Shown here in pieces: positions 42,900-64,000 of a stretch of DNA of 64,000 bases; position 1 is the stretch's first letter; each line of letters starts with the position of its first letter. This DNA comes from the human T2T-CHM13v2.0 reference genome, Homo sapiens, in assembly GCF_009914755.1 (NCBI RefSeq), contig NC_060947.1. One strand, given 5' to 3'. Both the position numbers and the translations under genes were made by a program. The notes under the pieces are model-generated. The model made no database searches, was not told the DNA's origin, and saw nothing but the letters and a program-made list of their open reading frames with translations.

Positions 42900-44320
42900 A
42901 GGAAGAGCAAACTGGCTTTGGGAACCAGGTGAGTCCTTTCCCCAGCGAGGATGAGAAACGCCTCCCCGCAGTCCTCTGACCCCCCACGAATTCGGAAGGA
43001 CGGGAAATCCTGGGAGTCCCTCCAGCCGTGTGTGGGAGGTGCCACGCCCCACCTGGTGTCTCCTGGGATGTGAGGAGGGAAGCAGTGGTCCCGTCGGACC
43101 GGCCTGTGTGGCTGCGACCGGCTCCTGCGCTGTGAGCTCAGCGCGCTGGGGAGGGACCTAGCTGCCGCGAAGCTGGGGGCGCGTGGAAGGGTCGGCTCCA
43201 GAAGCCAGCCATTGGGAGGAGAGAGGGGGAAAAGCTCCGAGCGGTGCGTGTGGAGGGTGCAAGCGCTTGCAAGTGCGTGCAAGTGGGCTGGTACGTGTGT
43301 TGAGAAGGCATGAGTGTGTATGAAGGGGTATAGAGAGGTGCGTACGTGGGGAGGCGCGCGTGTGCGGGAACGCTTGTGTGCGTGTGATGTGTGGGGGACA
43401 TGCGAAGATGTGATTTACACAGGTGCGGACGTGGCAGTGTGCGAGTGGTGACATGGAGATGCTTTCGAGCGTGAAGACTCACCGAGAAGCCCGTGGGGGA
43501 TGTGTGTGCGTGTGCACGTGGAGGTGTGTGTGAGGGGATATAGATTTATTAATATATATGCGTGCGCGTGGAGTGCGTGCGTGCGTGGGGGTCCGTACGT
43601 GGGGGTGCGTGCATGGGGGGGTGCGTGTGTTGGGAGTGCGTGCATGGTGGTTGCATGGGTGGTGGAGAGGGGAGAGCGGGAAGGAAGGCGGGAGCCAGGT
43701 GCATGCGCAACTGAGAGTAAAGATGGCCGAGAAGCTCTTGCTGGCAGAGCTTAAAGTTAGGATTCTTAGCCTCTTTTTGTTTTTCTTGAGGTGGGCAGTA
43801 GGATGCACATGGCACCGTTTGAAAATAAGGAAAACTATTGACCAATTGACCACCTCCTTTAAAAAAATGCCCATGGTTTGCATGTAAGCACAGAGGGTTC
43901 GTGAACCCACTGATGGTCATCTGTAGACCCTAGATTATGGTTTGAAAAGGGGAGAAGATCCAAATAAATTACGTTGATATCCGCCATTGTGTCTTTTGAT
44001 TCTATGAGAGAAAAAATGGAACAGCAGCTGTCCTTGGGTTGGTGTGGCTTTGAGGCTAGGTTTGCTGCTCCTGTTGGACGTGGTGCCAGCAGAGTGGGGA
44101 GTGTAAAATGGGATCACTGCCCAGAGTAAGACTGAGGAAGGGTGCCTCGTGGCCTTCAGGATAAAGCTCGGCCCCTCCCAAGCGGATCACTAGCCACAGG
44201 TTTTGCGGGTTAGTTCCTTGATAAAGTTGGAAAGTGGAGATTTGTGTTGCTTTCTTGCGTGATTCCCGTCCCCGCCCTCCGCCCTCCGTCCCCCGCCCCG
44301 CGCCCCGGCCCTGACAGCCT
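42900..44320. promoter_or_regulatory. CpG-rich promoter-like region with NRF1-like (43700-43709), YY1 (43720-43729) and GC-box (44265-44310) motifs
   Basis: High CpG density against a CpG-depleted background; TGCATGCGCA, AAGATGGCCG, clustered CCGCCC; degenerate (GT/GC)n tract 43240-43660. Confidence 0.75.
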
Positions 44321-44378
44321 GTGGGTGATGTCAGGGAGTATGAGTCTAACTAAGGTTGGGACTTCGTTGGGTAAGTGA

Positions 44379-44782
<404 letters not shown>

Positions 44783-44901
44783 TCACTTTCCTCATTTATA
44801 AAATGGTAGTTCACAGGGTAGTTGGAAGTTTAAATAAGACTAAATAAATTCCCAGAACATGGGAAGCCTTTAATAAATGGCTGCATACCTAGGAATAAAT
44901 A

Positions 44902-44904
<3 letters not shown>

Positions 44905-44943
<39 letters not shown>

Positions 44944-44960
44944 CACGTATATCTATATAT
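44905..44960. repeat. (TG)/(TA)n microsatellite
   Basis: Seen directly. Confidence 0.9.
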
Positions 44961-45395
44961 ACATTTGCAGAAAAGTTAAAGCTAAAAGTTTTATTTTGAA
45001 AGAATGTCTTAAACTACTGTTTTCTTTTGGTTTCTTGTAGGCATACCTAGTTGTGCTGTCAGCCAAAGCCCACCAAGTTCATCCTGTAAAGTCACACGCC
45101 TGAAGTAAGTGGGACTTTATTTGGAATTATTTGCAGTGTTCAAGTAGACAATTATTAGTCCACCATCAACTCTCACTTGGATTGCTGCCATGGTCTTCAA
45201 GCCTTCACATTTGCCTGCTTCCCTCTTTCGTTCTCCATGTTGCAGTCACAGTTATCTTTCCCTCTGAGAGGCAAAATAGCCTACTGGTTTGGAGCACAGA
45301 CCTTGGAGTCAGAAATATCTCCTTCAGATCCCAACTGCACCCTGCTCCACCACTTTCTAGCTGTGTGATCTTTCACAAATTACTTCACTTCTTTT

Positions 45396-46881
45396 TGGGG
45401 GATTTCAACATTTTAATTTCTTTTTAATATAAGTCACTTTTTGCAAGCTAGGAAACAGATTCAACCTAAGACAATCTAGTCCTCTGGAGATCCAGGCTGA
45501 GTCTTTCGATTTTTAGCAGAATGACATCATAATATAAGGTGCTAGCAATAGAATTATAAACTCTAAATAATAACCACTTATCTACATTTTTCATTAGGAA
45601 ACAACCAAAAGTCCATTACTTAAAGACATGATATACAGAACATATTGATCTACAAAAGACCCAACGACCCAAATTATATGCTGCCCAACCTACTGGTGAA
45701 CTGGATTGGAACTGGCCAAGGATTGGTAAATAGAGAAAGCGTTTACATTTTAAAAACTTCCTCTGTGGTTAAAAAAATTCCTGGTTGTTATCAATAAGAA
45801 AACAAGTAAAAAATGTTACAGATGGACCCACACTGATATTTGACTTTACCAAGGTCTTCCGCCAGAACATGAAGGTAGACATAAATGTAGGAGATTAGAT
45901 ATTGAGATATTTTAAAAATAAATTACTTAGTAATAAGAAGTTAGACATACAGCATTATTCCATTTGCTACAAGAACAAATGGACAATGAAGATTATTTAA
46001 AAGAAATGTTCAACTCTAAGGAGGGTGGTGGGAACAACACTTTCCACTAGAGAATAACCTCCCATTTTCTCAGACAGTTAGCATTACTATTCTTCCGTAA
46101 TACATATTCATATGGAAAAACTTGTCAAGAGCTTTTGCCAGGGCCAGGAGATGAAAAATAGAGCATGTTTTAATTAGCAAATTGTAAGCTCAGTTAACAT
46201 TTTTTGGGATGGACCCATACAATCTGGCCATTGTTTTGTTAAACTTCTGTAAACTGCAGAATTCCTTAACCCTTAATTAGCTTTGGTTTTTGCTCAATAT
46301 CCTGAAGCTGGGCACAGTCTCAATGTAACTCTTCTCCTAGGGGCTGAACTGGGTGCTAGTCATCAAAGTTTGGAATGTCATTTTAGAAGCAACCTCTAGA
46401 AGTAATCCTGGTAAGCCCTAGAAGTAATCCTTTGGATGCATAGTAGGCTCTGTGCAGGTGGTAAAATCTGGGCAGGAATACCAGAATGTCAATGATCAGG
46501 ACTGGAACTGCCCAGTCTGCCCCCGCTTTGCTGATGTAGCCAGAAGGTGAGCCTATGATAATGAGAAAGGCACCAATCGAAAAAGAGCACAGTGGCAAGT
46601 GCAGTGGCCTTATAAGGGATCTTAGGAGGGCTTTTCTTAAACTGGAGGTCAGTGTAGCCATCATCTGTGCTGGAGAGCCTTGAGTATATCACTTTACTAC
46701 GGAGATTCCAGCCAGGTTGATGTGGGAGGGCATCATAACACACTGACACAGCTACAGTTGGAGTGCCATGCCAGGCTGCCAGTGGCGAGACTTTGCTCAC
46801 AGTTGGCAGCAGAGGCACCCAAGGCTGTGCCACCTAACTGCCACCCAGCCCACCCCAGCAAGGGCCAGTGCCCTGGAAGTC
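45396..46881 (-). pseudogene. TMEM230P: TMEM230 processed pseudogene (5'UTR, disrupted CDS 46736-46356, 3'UTR)
   Basis: Minus-strand peptides [68 protein letters not shown] and DIPNFDD* match TMEM230; intronless, frameshifted; ATTAAA near 45412-45417; 15-bp TSD (13/15) at 45381-45395 and 46882-46896. Confidence 0.93.
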
Positions 46882-47642
46882 TACTTGACCTCTTTTAGAA
46901 TCTGTTTCCTTATCTCTGAAAGGGGACAATGCTGATACCACCTCAAGGGTTTTGTGAGAGATTGCAGAGATAATGTATGTAATGTGGCTCACAGTAATTG
47001 CTCAATAAATGGTAGATTAAAAATGGCAAGGGCAGTGAAGTAGCCAGCAAAAAAGAGGTTGAAGTGATGCACAATGGCACCTACACTGGGTAGGGATTGA
47101 AGCCATGAGGTGATAATGAGCTGGAGAATGGGAGAAATCAAAGGATGGGAGATCTTGATGAGAATGAAAAATGTTTGGCTGTGAAATGAGTCCTTGATCA
47201 AAAATTTTTTAAAAAAGAAAGAGAATGAGGAGTGGGTATTCTGAGAACCAAGAAGTAACTGGAATAGGAGGTTGTAGCCAGAGATTAGGCTAGTAGAGTT
47301 CAGGAATTCTAAAGTGGAGCAGCTCCATGCCTAGTGGGTGGTCCAGGAAACTAACGGCTAGTAATGACATAGAAAGTGGCATGCGGTCAGAGGTTGTTGA
47401 AGTAGAGGAGCTCAAAGGGCAGTGAGGCTAGCATGTTGGATGAGTCATCCACAGACATTGATGTTGCTTACATGATGGCAGGGGTTGAAATGGAGAGGAA
47501 AATGGAGCCAGTGCCAAAGCCAAGGTCTATCCTAACTAACGGAAAGCAGTCATTTATTTCACAAATATTTACTGAACTTTTACTAGATGTCAGGACGTAA
47601 CAAGACAGACAAGAATCATGCTGTCATGGAGTTTACAGTCTA

Positions 47643-48019
<377 letters not shown>

Positions 48020-48394
48020 CTATGAATGAAAAATAAGGGTTCTGTAAGTGTTATAACAGAGGAACCTAACCCTGTCTGGAAAGTTAGGGGGGGCTTCCCT
48101 GAAGAAGTGAGGACTGAAAGATAAATTAGGGTAGATGAAGGTGGATGGTGGGTAGGTGGAAGACATGTTCCAGGTAGAGGAAACAGCATGTGCAAAGACC
48201 TGAAGCTAGAACATGTATAGTAATTTGAAGAACTGAAAAATATCTCCTATGACTAGAGCATATTAAGTAATACTCTAGCCATAGGAGAGTAATATGAGCT
48301 GAGGCTGGGTGGCAGGCTCCCTTAAGGATTTGGGGCTTTATACTACGAGCATTGGTAATATTTGGATGACATGATCATATTTTAAAAATAATCA

Positions 48395-48689
48395 GGCCAG
48401 GCATTGTGGTTTGCACCAGTAATCCTAGCACTTTGGAAGGCCAAAGTTGGTGGGTCACTTAAGCCCAGGAGTTTGAGACCAGCCTGGACAACCTGGACAA
48501 ACCCCATCTTTACAAAAAGTATAAAAAATTAGCCAGGCATGGTGGCGCATGCCTGTGGTTCCAGCTACTCTGGAAGCTGAGGTGGGAGGATCACCTGAGC
48601 CTGGGGAAGTCAAGGCTGCAGTGAGCTGTGATCATGCCACTGCACTCCAGCCTGGGTGACAGAGTGAGACCCTGTCTCAAAGAAAAAAA
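48395..48689 (+). mobile_element. Alu (AluJ-like)
   Basis: ggccaggcattgtgg...ggtgggaggatcacctgagcctgggg...gagaccctgtctcaa. Confidence 0.93.
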
Positions 48690-48929
48690 TCAAACACATA
48701 AGTATATAGGGTAAATAGTGAAAGGCCAGTTTATGTGTATGTTAGTATAGGGGAGTATGTGTGTATGTGTATGTGTATACATAAAATACACATGTATAAT
48801 ATGTAAACACATATAATAGATGTATACATATATAATATATAAAAATGATACATACCATTTCACCACTTTAAAGAATGTTAAATACACAATGGTTATATTT
48901 CAGTGTCCATACATAGACATCCAATTCAT

Positions 48930-49084
48930 TCTTTTTTTAAAAAAAAAAATTTATTACTAATACAAATAGAGATGGGGTGTCACCATTTTGCCCAGGCTAA
49001 TCTCAAACTCCTGGGCTCAACCAATCCTTCCTCCTCCAGCTCCCAAAGTGCTGGGATTATAGGTGTGAGCCACCAAGCCTGGCC
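48930..49084 (-). mobile_element. Alu left monomer / FLAM
   Basis: gagatggggtgtcaccattttgcccaggc...gtgagccaccaagcctggcc; single arm. Confidence 0.85.
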
Positions 49085-49202
49085 CAACTCATTCTTAAGA
49101 GTTGCAAAGTATTCCACGTTATTAATGTATGATGACTTATTTAACTATTGCCCTATTGATGGACAATTTAAGTTGTCTCTAATTATATATTACTTTGCAG
49201 TG

Positions 49203-49660
49203 TGCACTGTTCACAATAGCAAAGACATGGAATCAGCCTAAATGTCCATCAATGATAGACTGGATAAAGAAAATGTGATACATATACATGATGGGATGCT
49301 ATGCGGCCAAAAAAAAAGGAATGAGATCATGTCCTTTGTAGGAACATGATGCAGCTGGAGGTCATTATCCTTAGCAAATTAAGGCAGGAACAGAAAAACA
49401 AATACCGCGTGTTCACACTTAAAAGTGGGAACTAAATAATGAGACCCAATGGGCAGAAAGAGGGGAGCAAGAGACAGTGGGGACTACCTGAAGGAGAAGG
49501 GTAGGAAGAGGGAGAGGATCAGGAAAAATAACTATCAGGTACTATGCTTAGTACCTGGATAACAAAATAATCTAAACCGAACGCCTGTGACACGAGCTTA
49601 CCTATATAACAAACTTGCACTGCACATGTACCCCAAACCTAAAATAAAAGTTTAACAAAA
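49203..49660 (+). mobile_element. 5'-truncated L1 3' end (older L1PA/L1PB)
   Basis: ttcacaatagcaaagacatggaatca...ggataaagaaaatgtg...cctaaaataaaagtt, the typical L1 3'UTR. Confidence 0.85.
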
Positions 49661-50658
49661 TTGCAATATGCCATTCTGTAAATTTTTTTCTCTAATATTA
49701 TGCTTCAAATTTTATTTTTAAAATTACACTAGGAATACACAAGGAATTACGTGAGGAATATATGAATATATTCTTATAAAAATTGTAAAAATATAGAAAT
49801 GTGTAACAATGAGAGTAAATGCTTATACAGGCCTTACTGTGCCCAACATCACTCTAAATGCTTTAAAGAGATCAGTACAACAATCCATGAAATAGGTACT
49901 GTTATTTTTTTCCATTTTACAGATAGGGACACTGAGGGCATAAAGAGGTAACTTGCATGTGGTCATATAGCTAATTATTGTTGGAGCTGGGCTCTTAATC
50001 ACCTCATTATTTTCCTTCACCTCTACCCAGTTTAATGCCTTACCTCAAATGTGACAACTGTTCTTTTTTTCATTTGCAATTTTATCTACCTATATAAAAC
50101 ACATGCAAAATATTTATGTTTTTGGTGCGTTGGTTTTCTTTTTATGTAATAGGTTAATACTGTGTTATCTTGCAACTAGCTTTTTTCACTTAACCATGTG
50201 TCTTTGACTTTTTCCAAGTCTTTATTTTTAAATTAATAATATATAAGCATATTGTTGTGGTAAAAGATCAAAATAATACACAGGTTTAGAGAGAGTAAAT
50301 CTTCAAACTTCCCTTTCCTGCCTGCTCTCTGACATCTCACCAAAAAAAAACCCCCAAAAAACCCCCAATAAACAACCAACTGTCCACAATTTGGTGAGTG
50401 TCCTTACAATCTTCTTTCCATGCATTTTGTGTGAATAAATAAGTATTTATATATATTTACATAACAGGATTCATTCATATTGTTATATAGCCTTTTAATT
50501 TCTTATTTATTGATTTAATTACACACATGATACTTGAATACATTTTTCTTTTGAAAGATTAGAGCACTACAGGGAAGTTGAACACTCCCTTTGATCATCA
50601 TTGATTTCCTCTCTACCTCCTCTGTCCCTACTCACTGTTTGACTTTTCTCCTGCATCT

Positions 50659-56784
<6,126 letters not shown>

Positions 56785-58109
56785 TCTCCTGCATCTCTTT
56801 TTTATTAATTCACAAGCATTTACAAACACATCTGCATGTGTAGGGAATGTATAATATTATTTAGTGGCCTTAAAAATATGAATCGTGTTATGCTATATGT
56901 ATTGTTTTGCTATTTGCTACTTTCACCCAACATAATATCTGGCAGCTTTTCATGTTAATACATATAAATCTACCATTTTCTTTGTTGCATAGTATTCTAG
57001 TATGAATACTAGGATAAACACTAGGATATTCTACTAGAATAAATAATTTGTGTAGCCATTTCCCCATTGACATGGATATTTCTAAATTTTTGCTAATGTA
57101 AAACCTGCTGTAATGAATATCTTATATGCCCCTCTTTCTTTTCTCCACTGACTTTTAAATACAACTTTTAATCAATATTAGATTCTTATGAATACTTGGG
57201 TTTGTTTCAGGATTCTCTATTTGGTTCTGTCGATCCATGTATTAATACATGCATCCACACCTTTCATTTTTATATTTTTGTAATGTGTTTTCATTTTATA
57301 TTCACTTTTCATTTTTATATTTTTATAATACTTTACATTTTTATATTTTTATAATATGTTTGTTATCTGGCATTGAAAGAGCTTCCTTTCATTTTTGTGG
57401 TTATTTTTACATATTTACTATTTCAACGAATTTTAAATGCAGATTATTATACCCATGTAGGATCTTACTAGCATTTTTATTTGGTATTTCACTGAGTTTA
57501 CAGATTTAACCAGGGAGAGTTAGCATCTTTACATGAATGAGTCTTTATATGAATAAACATGATATGGCTTTCCACTTATCCAAATTTTTAAGTCCTTTAG
57601 TAGTGCTTCATAATTTTCTCTGTAAATATTTTGAACATATCTTGTTTGCTTTATTTCTAGATACTTCATTTTTGTTGCTACCTTCAATAGAACTTTTTCT
57701 TTCGTTTTATAATTACCATAGGAGTATAAGAAAGCTATTGATTTTTGTATGTTGTCTTTTGCCAGCAACTTTACTAACAAATTCTCTTTTCTTTCTAATC
57801 GATTTTTTGTTGATTCTATTGGATTTTCTTGGTAGGAAAACAGATTATTACAAATACTGATAGTTTTGTCTCTGTCTTTAGCCTGGATACCATGTGTACT
57901 TTTTGTGTTTTAATGCATTGGCTAGGACCTCGGATTTAAATTTGAATCATACCAATATCAGATATCTTTATTTTTTCCTTCCATTTAATGGGAATGCTTC
58001 TAAAATTTCATCAAGTATTATGTTTGCTGTGGGTGTCTGGCAGTTACCCTTTATTAAGTCAAATAAACTCTCTTGAATTTCTATCTTTCTGAGGCTTTTT
58101 AAAAACAAG

Positions 58110-58420
58110 AATGGTCACGCTTGTAATCCTAGCAATTTGGGAGGCCAAGGAGAGTAGATCGCTTGAGTCCAGGAGTTTGAGACCAGCCTGCACAACATTG
58201 CAAAACCTCATCCCTACAAAATAATAATAATAATAAATTAGCAAGGTGTGGTGGCATGTGCCTATACAGAGTCCCAGCTACTCGGTGAGGGCTGAGATAG
58301 TAAGATTGCTTGAGCCTGGGAAGGTCGAGACTTCAGTGAGCTATGACTGCACCACTGTACTCCAGCCTGGGTGACAGAGTGAGACCCTGTCTCAAAAAAA
58401 AAATAAAAATAAAAAAAAGA
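58110..58420 (+). mobile_element. Alu (AluJ-like)
   Basis: tcacgcttgtaatcctagc...ctccagcctgggtgacagagtgagaccctgtctcaaaa. Confidence 0.92.
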
Positions 58421-58824
58421 AACCAAGAAGGGATGAAAAAGCAAAGCTTTATCCATTGTTTTTTCACCTGTAAGTAGGACATATAGTTTTTTCCGTTTAC
58501 ATTATTAATGCATAAAATTGCATTGATAGCTTTAAAATTTTTTTATTAAAATTTCCGAATGTACATAACAGTAGAATGTACAATAAAACCCCGTACATAC
58601 TCATAACTCAGCTTCAATAGCCATCAACATTTTTCCATGCTTGTTTCAACTATGATCTTCCCCTCTTTTATGCTGGAATATTTTAGGCTAATCAGGAATA
58701 TCATGTAATTTCACTCCTAAATATTTCAGTATGCGTAGCAAAAGAATTATAGCAAAAGGAACATCTCATATAGTCACAATGCCATTATCACACTAATACC
58801 CGGTGAATAATCTGATTTTTCTAA

Positions 58825-59251
<427 letters not shown>

Positions 59252-59459
59252 TCTTTTAAAAATTTTAAAAGCTAAACCAAACAGTACCTCCTCTCTTTTA
59301 TTGTGATGACATTGGCTTGTTGAAGAAACTTGGCATTTGTCCTCTAGACTGTCCCATATTCTGGATTCGGCTGATTACTTCCTTGAGGTGTTATTTTACT
59401 TGTTTCTATATTCCCTGTTGTTTCTTGTAAACTGGAATGTAAAGCTAAAGACTTGATTA

Positions 59460-59762
59460 GACTGGATGGTGTGGCTCATACCTGTAATCTCAGCACTTTG
59501 GGAGGTACTTTGGGAGGTGGGCGGATCACTTGAGCCCAGGAGTTCAAGATGAGCCGGGACAATATGATGAAAACTCGTCTTAAAAAAAATGCAAAAATGA
59601 GCTGCTGTGGTGGCCCGCACCTATAGTCCCAGCTACTTGGGAGGCTGAGGTAGGAGAATTATGTGAGCCTGGGGAGGTCAAGGCTGCAGTGGGCAGTGAT
59701 CATGCTACTGCAGTCCAGCTGGTCAACAGAGTGAGACCTTGTCTCAAAAAAAGAAAAAAAAA
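59460..59762 (+). mobile_element. Alu (AluJ-like)
   Basis: TSD aaagacttg(a/g)ttaga; small internal duplication actttgggaggt. Confidence 0.92.
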
Positions 59763-60354
59763 AGACTTGGTTAGATTAGGTTTTTAAAATTATTATTTGG
59801 CAAGAATATCTCATGGTTGTTACTATGTACTTCCTTTTATGTAATTTGCAGTTGTCTCACTTTTAGTAATACTAAAAGTGGATTGAGGTGGTGATAGTCT
59901 GATCCCTTCATTGTAAAGTTCTCCATTATCCTTTCACCTTTTGCATTGCTTTACTATTTATTTCATAATTGTTATTCGAATCAATTATTTCATTATTGAT
60001 TTCAAAGTAATGATTTTCTAATTCTTTCATTCTTTGAGCATTCATCAGCTAGAATTCCTCTGTAAGAAGAACTATCCCTCATCTACTAGGGTTATTTGGT
60101 AAGCCTAAAATACAGTTTCTATGGGAAAGACACGGTAAATTCTTAACTCTTTCCCTTTAATTGCCAGTTTTCCAAGTAAGGAGTTAGTACCCTGTTCCAC
60201 GTTGACACATCTTTAAATGTTAAACCTTCCCTGCAGTCCTAGGATTAGCCTATTGGGGCATAATGTATCTTTTTAAATCTACTGCAGGATTTGAATGACT
60301 AGTATTTTATCTGCCATTTTAAAAAATCTGTGTTTATACATGAGATTGCCTATA

Positions 60355-60555
60355 GCATTGATCCTCAATTGGCAAAATTACCCCTCAAGAAGGCATTTGG
60401 AAATATCTGGAGGTGCTTTTGGTTGTCAGTTTATTAAGTGTGTGAGTTGGGGGAGTCCTACTACAATTGGGTAAATGGTGACTGGGGTTGCTAAATGAAG
60501 AACTGTCTCAACAAAAATGCTATTAGCACTCTTATGAAAAATGCTGGCCCGTAGT
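60355..60555. mobile_element. MER20-like DNA element
   Basis: ggcatttggaaatatctggaggtgctttggttgtca...gggttgctaaa...aaaatgct. Confidence 0.55.
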
Positions 60556-61171
60556 TCTCTTGTGCTTTTCCAATTTTTGTATCAAGGTTATACGTTTTTA
60601 TATCAAGGTTCATATGTGAGATGGGCTATAATTTTCTTTCCCTTTACTTGTCAGTTTTGGTATCAAGATTATACCAGCCTTATAGCTGTGTGGTGTCATT
60701 TACCATTTTTTTAATATGGAAAAAATGTTTGGAAAGTTTCATTAATCTGTTCCTAGATGGTTTTGTCAAACACCCACAAAATTTCTGGAAATGGTGACTT
60801 TTAAGGTAGATTCTTGATTATCATTATACATTCTAATGTGATTAATAGGTTTATTTAAGTATTCTATTTCTTAGGCCAATTCTTGGACTAATTTTCCTAG
60901 AAATTATCCATTTCACCTAGATTTTCAAAGTTATTGGTGTAAAAGTTATACAGTATTCCTAAAATAATTTTTTGGTATAGTCTCTTTCTGTAGTTTGGTC
61001 CCCTTTCAGTTTTTTGAGATTATGTGTTGTATTTATTTTAAATAGATTCTGACACAAACTTTTGCAGTAGCAGAATAGAAAGTGAAACACTTAGAAGACA
61101 TATGTGGCAATCAAATTGATAATTATGCCAGTTCATATTTTCACTGATCTTTTCTGCATTTCCATTGATTC

Positions 61172-64000
<2,829 letters not shown>

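Noticed and set aside
42555-43920. Cluster of overlapping 70-150 aa ORFs rich in His/Thr or Val/Cys
   Set aside because: Expected from GC-rich, (GT)n-like low-complexity DNA; no recognisable domain.

Overview
Primate (most likely human) genomic DNA containing the 3' half of MID2 (TRIM1, midline-2; Xq22 by recalled knowledge) on the + strand. Seven coding exons (10692-34164) splice into one open frame covering the coiled-coil, COS, FN3 and B30.2/PRY-SPRY regions. One exon has an in-frame 90-nt extension that uses a GC donor, and the 3'UTR has candidate proximal (~34260) and distal (~38710) poly(A) sites. The introns carry many Alu, MIR, L2 and L1M relics, a Y3 RNA pseudogene and a ~430-bp (CCTTT)n/(AAAGG)n array grown from an Alu tail. 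Downstream lie an orphan CpG-rich promoter-like region (~42.9-44.3 kb), a TMEM230 processed pseudogene inserted into a MIR, a full-length L1PA with a nearly intact ORF1 and a second, older L1PA running off the window. I found no convincing novel biological system. The best leads are the Alu-tail pentanucleotide array, the bidirectional-looking CpG island and a non-consensus RT tract shared by the two neighbouring L1s. Repeat subfamily calls and many repeat boundaries are by eye and approximate.
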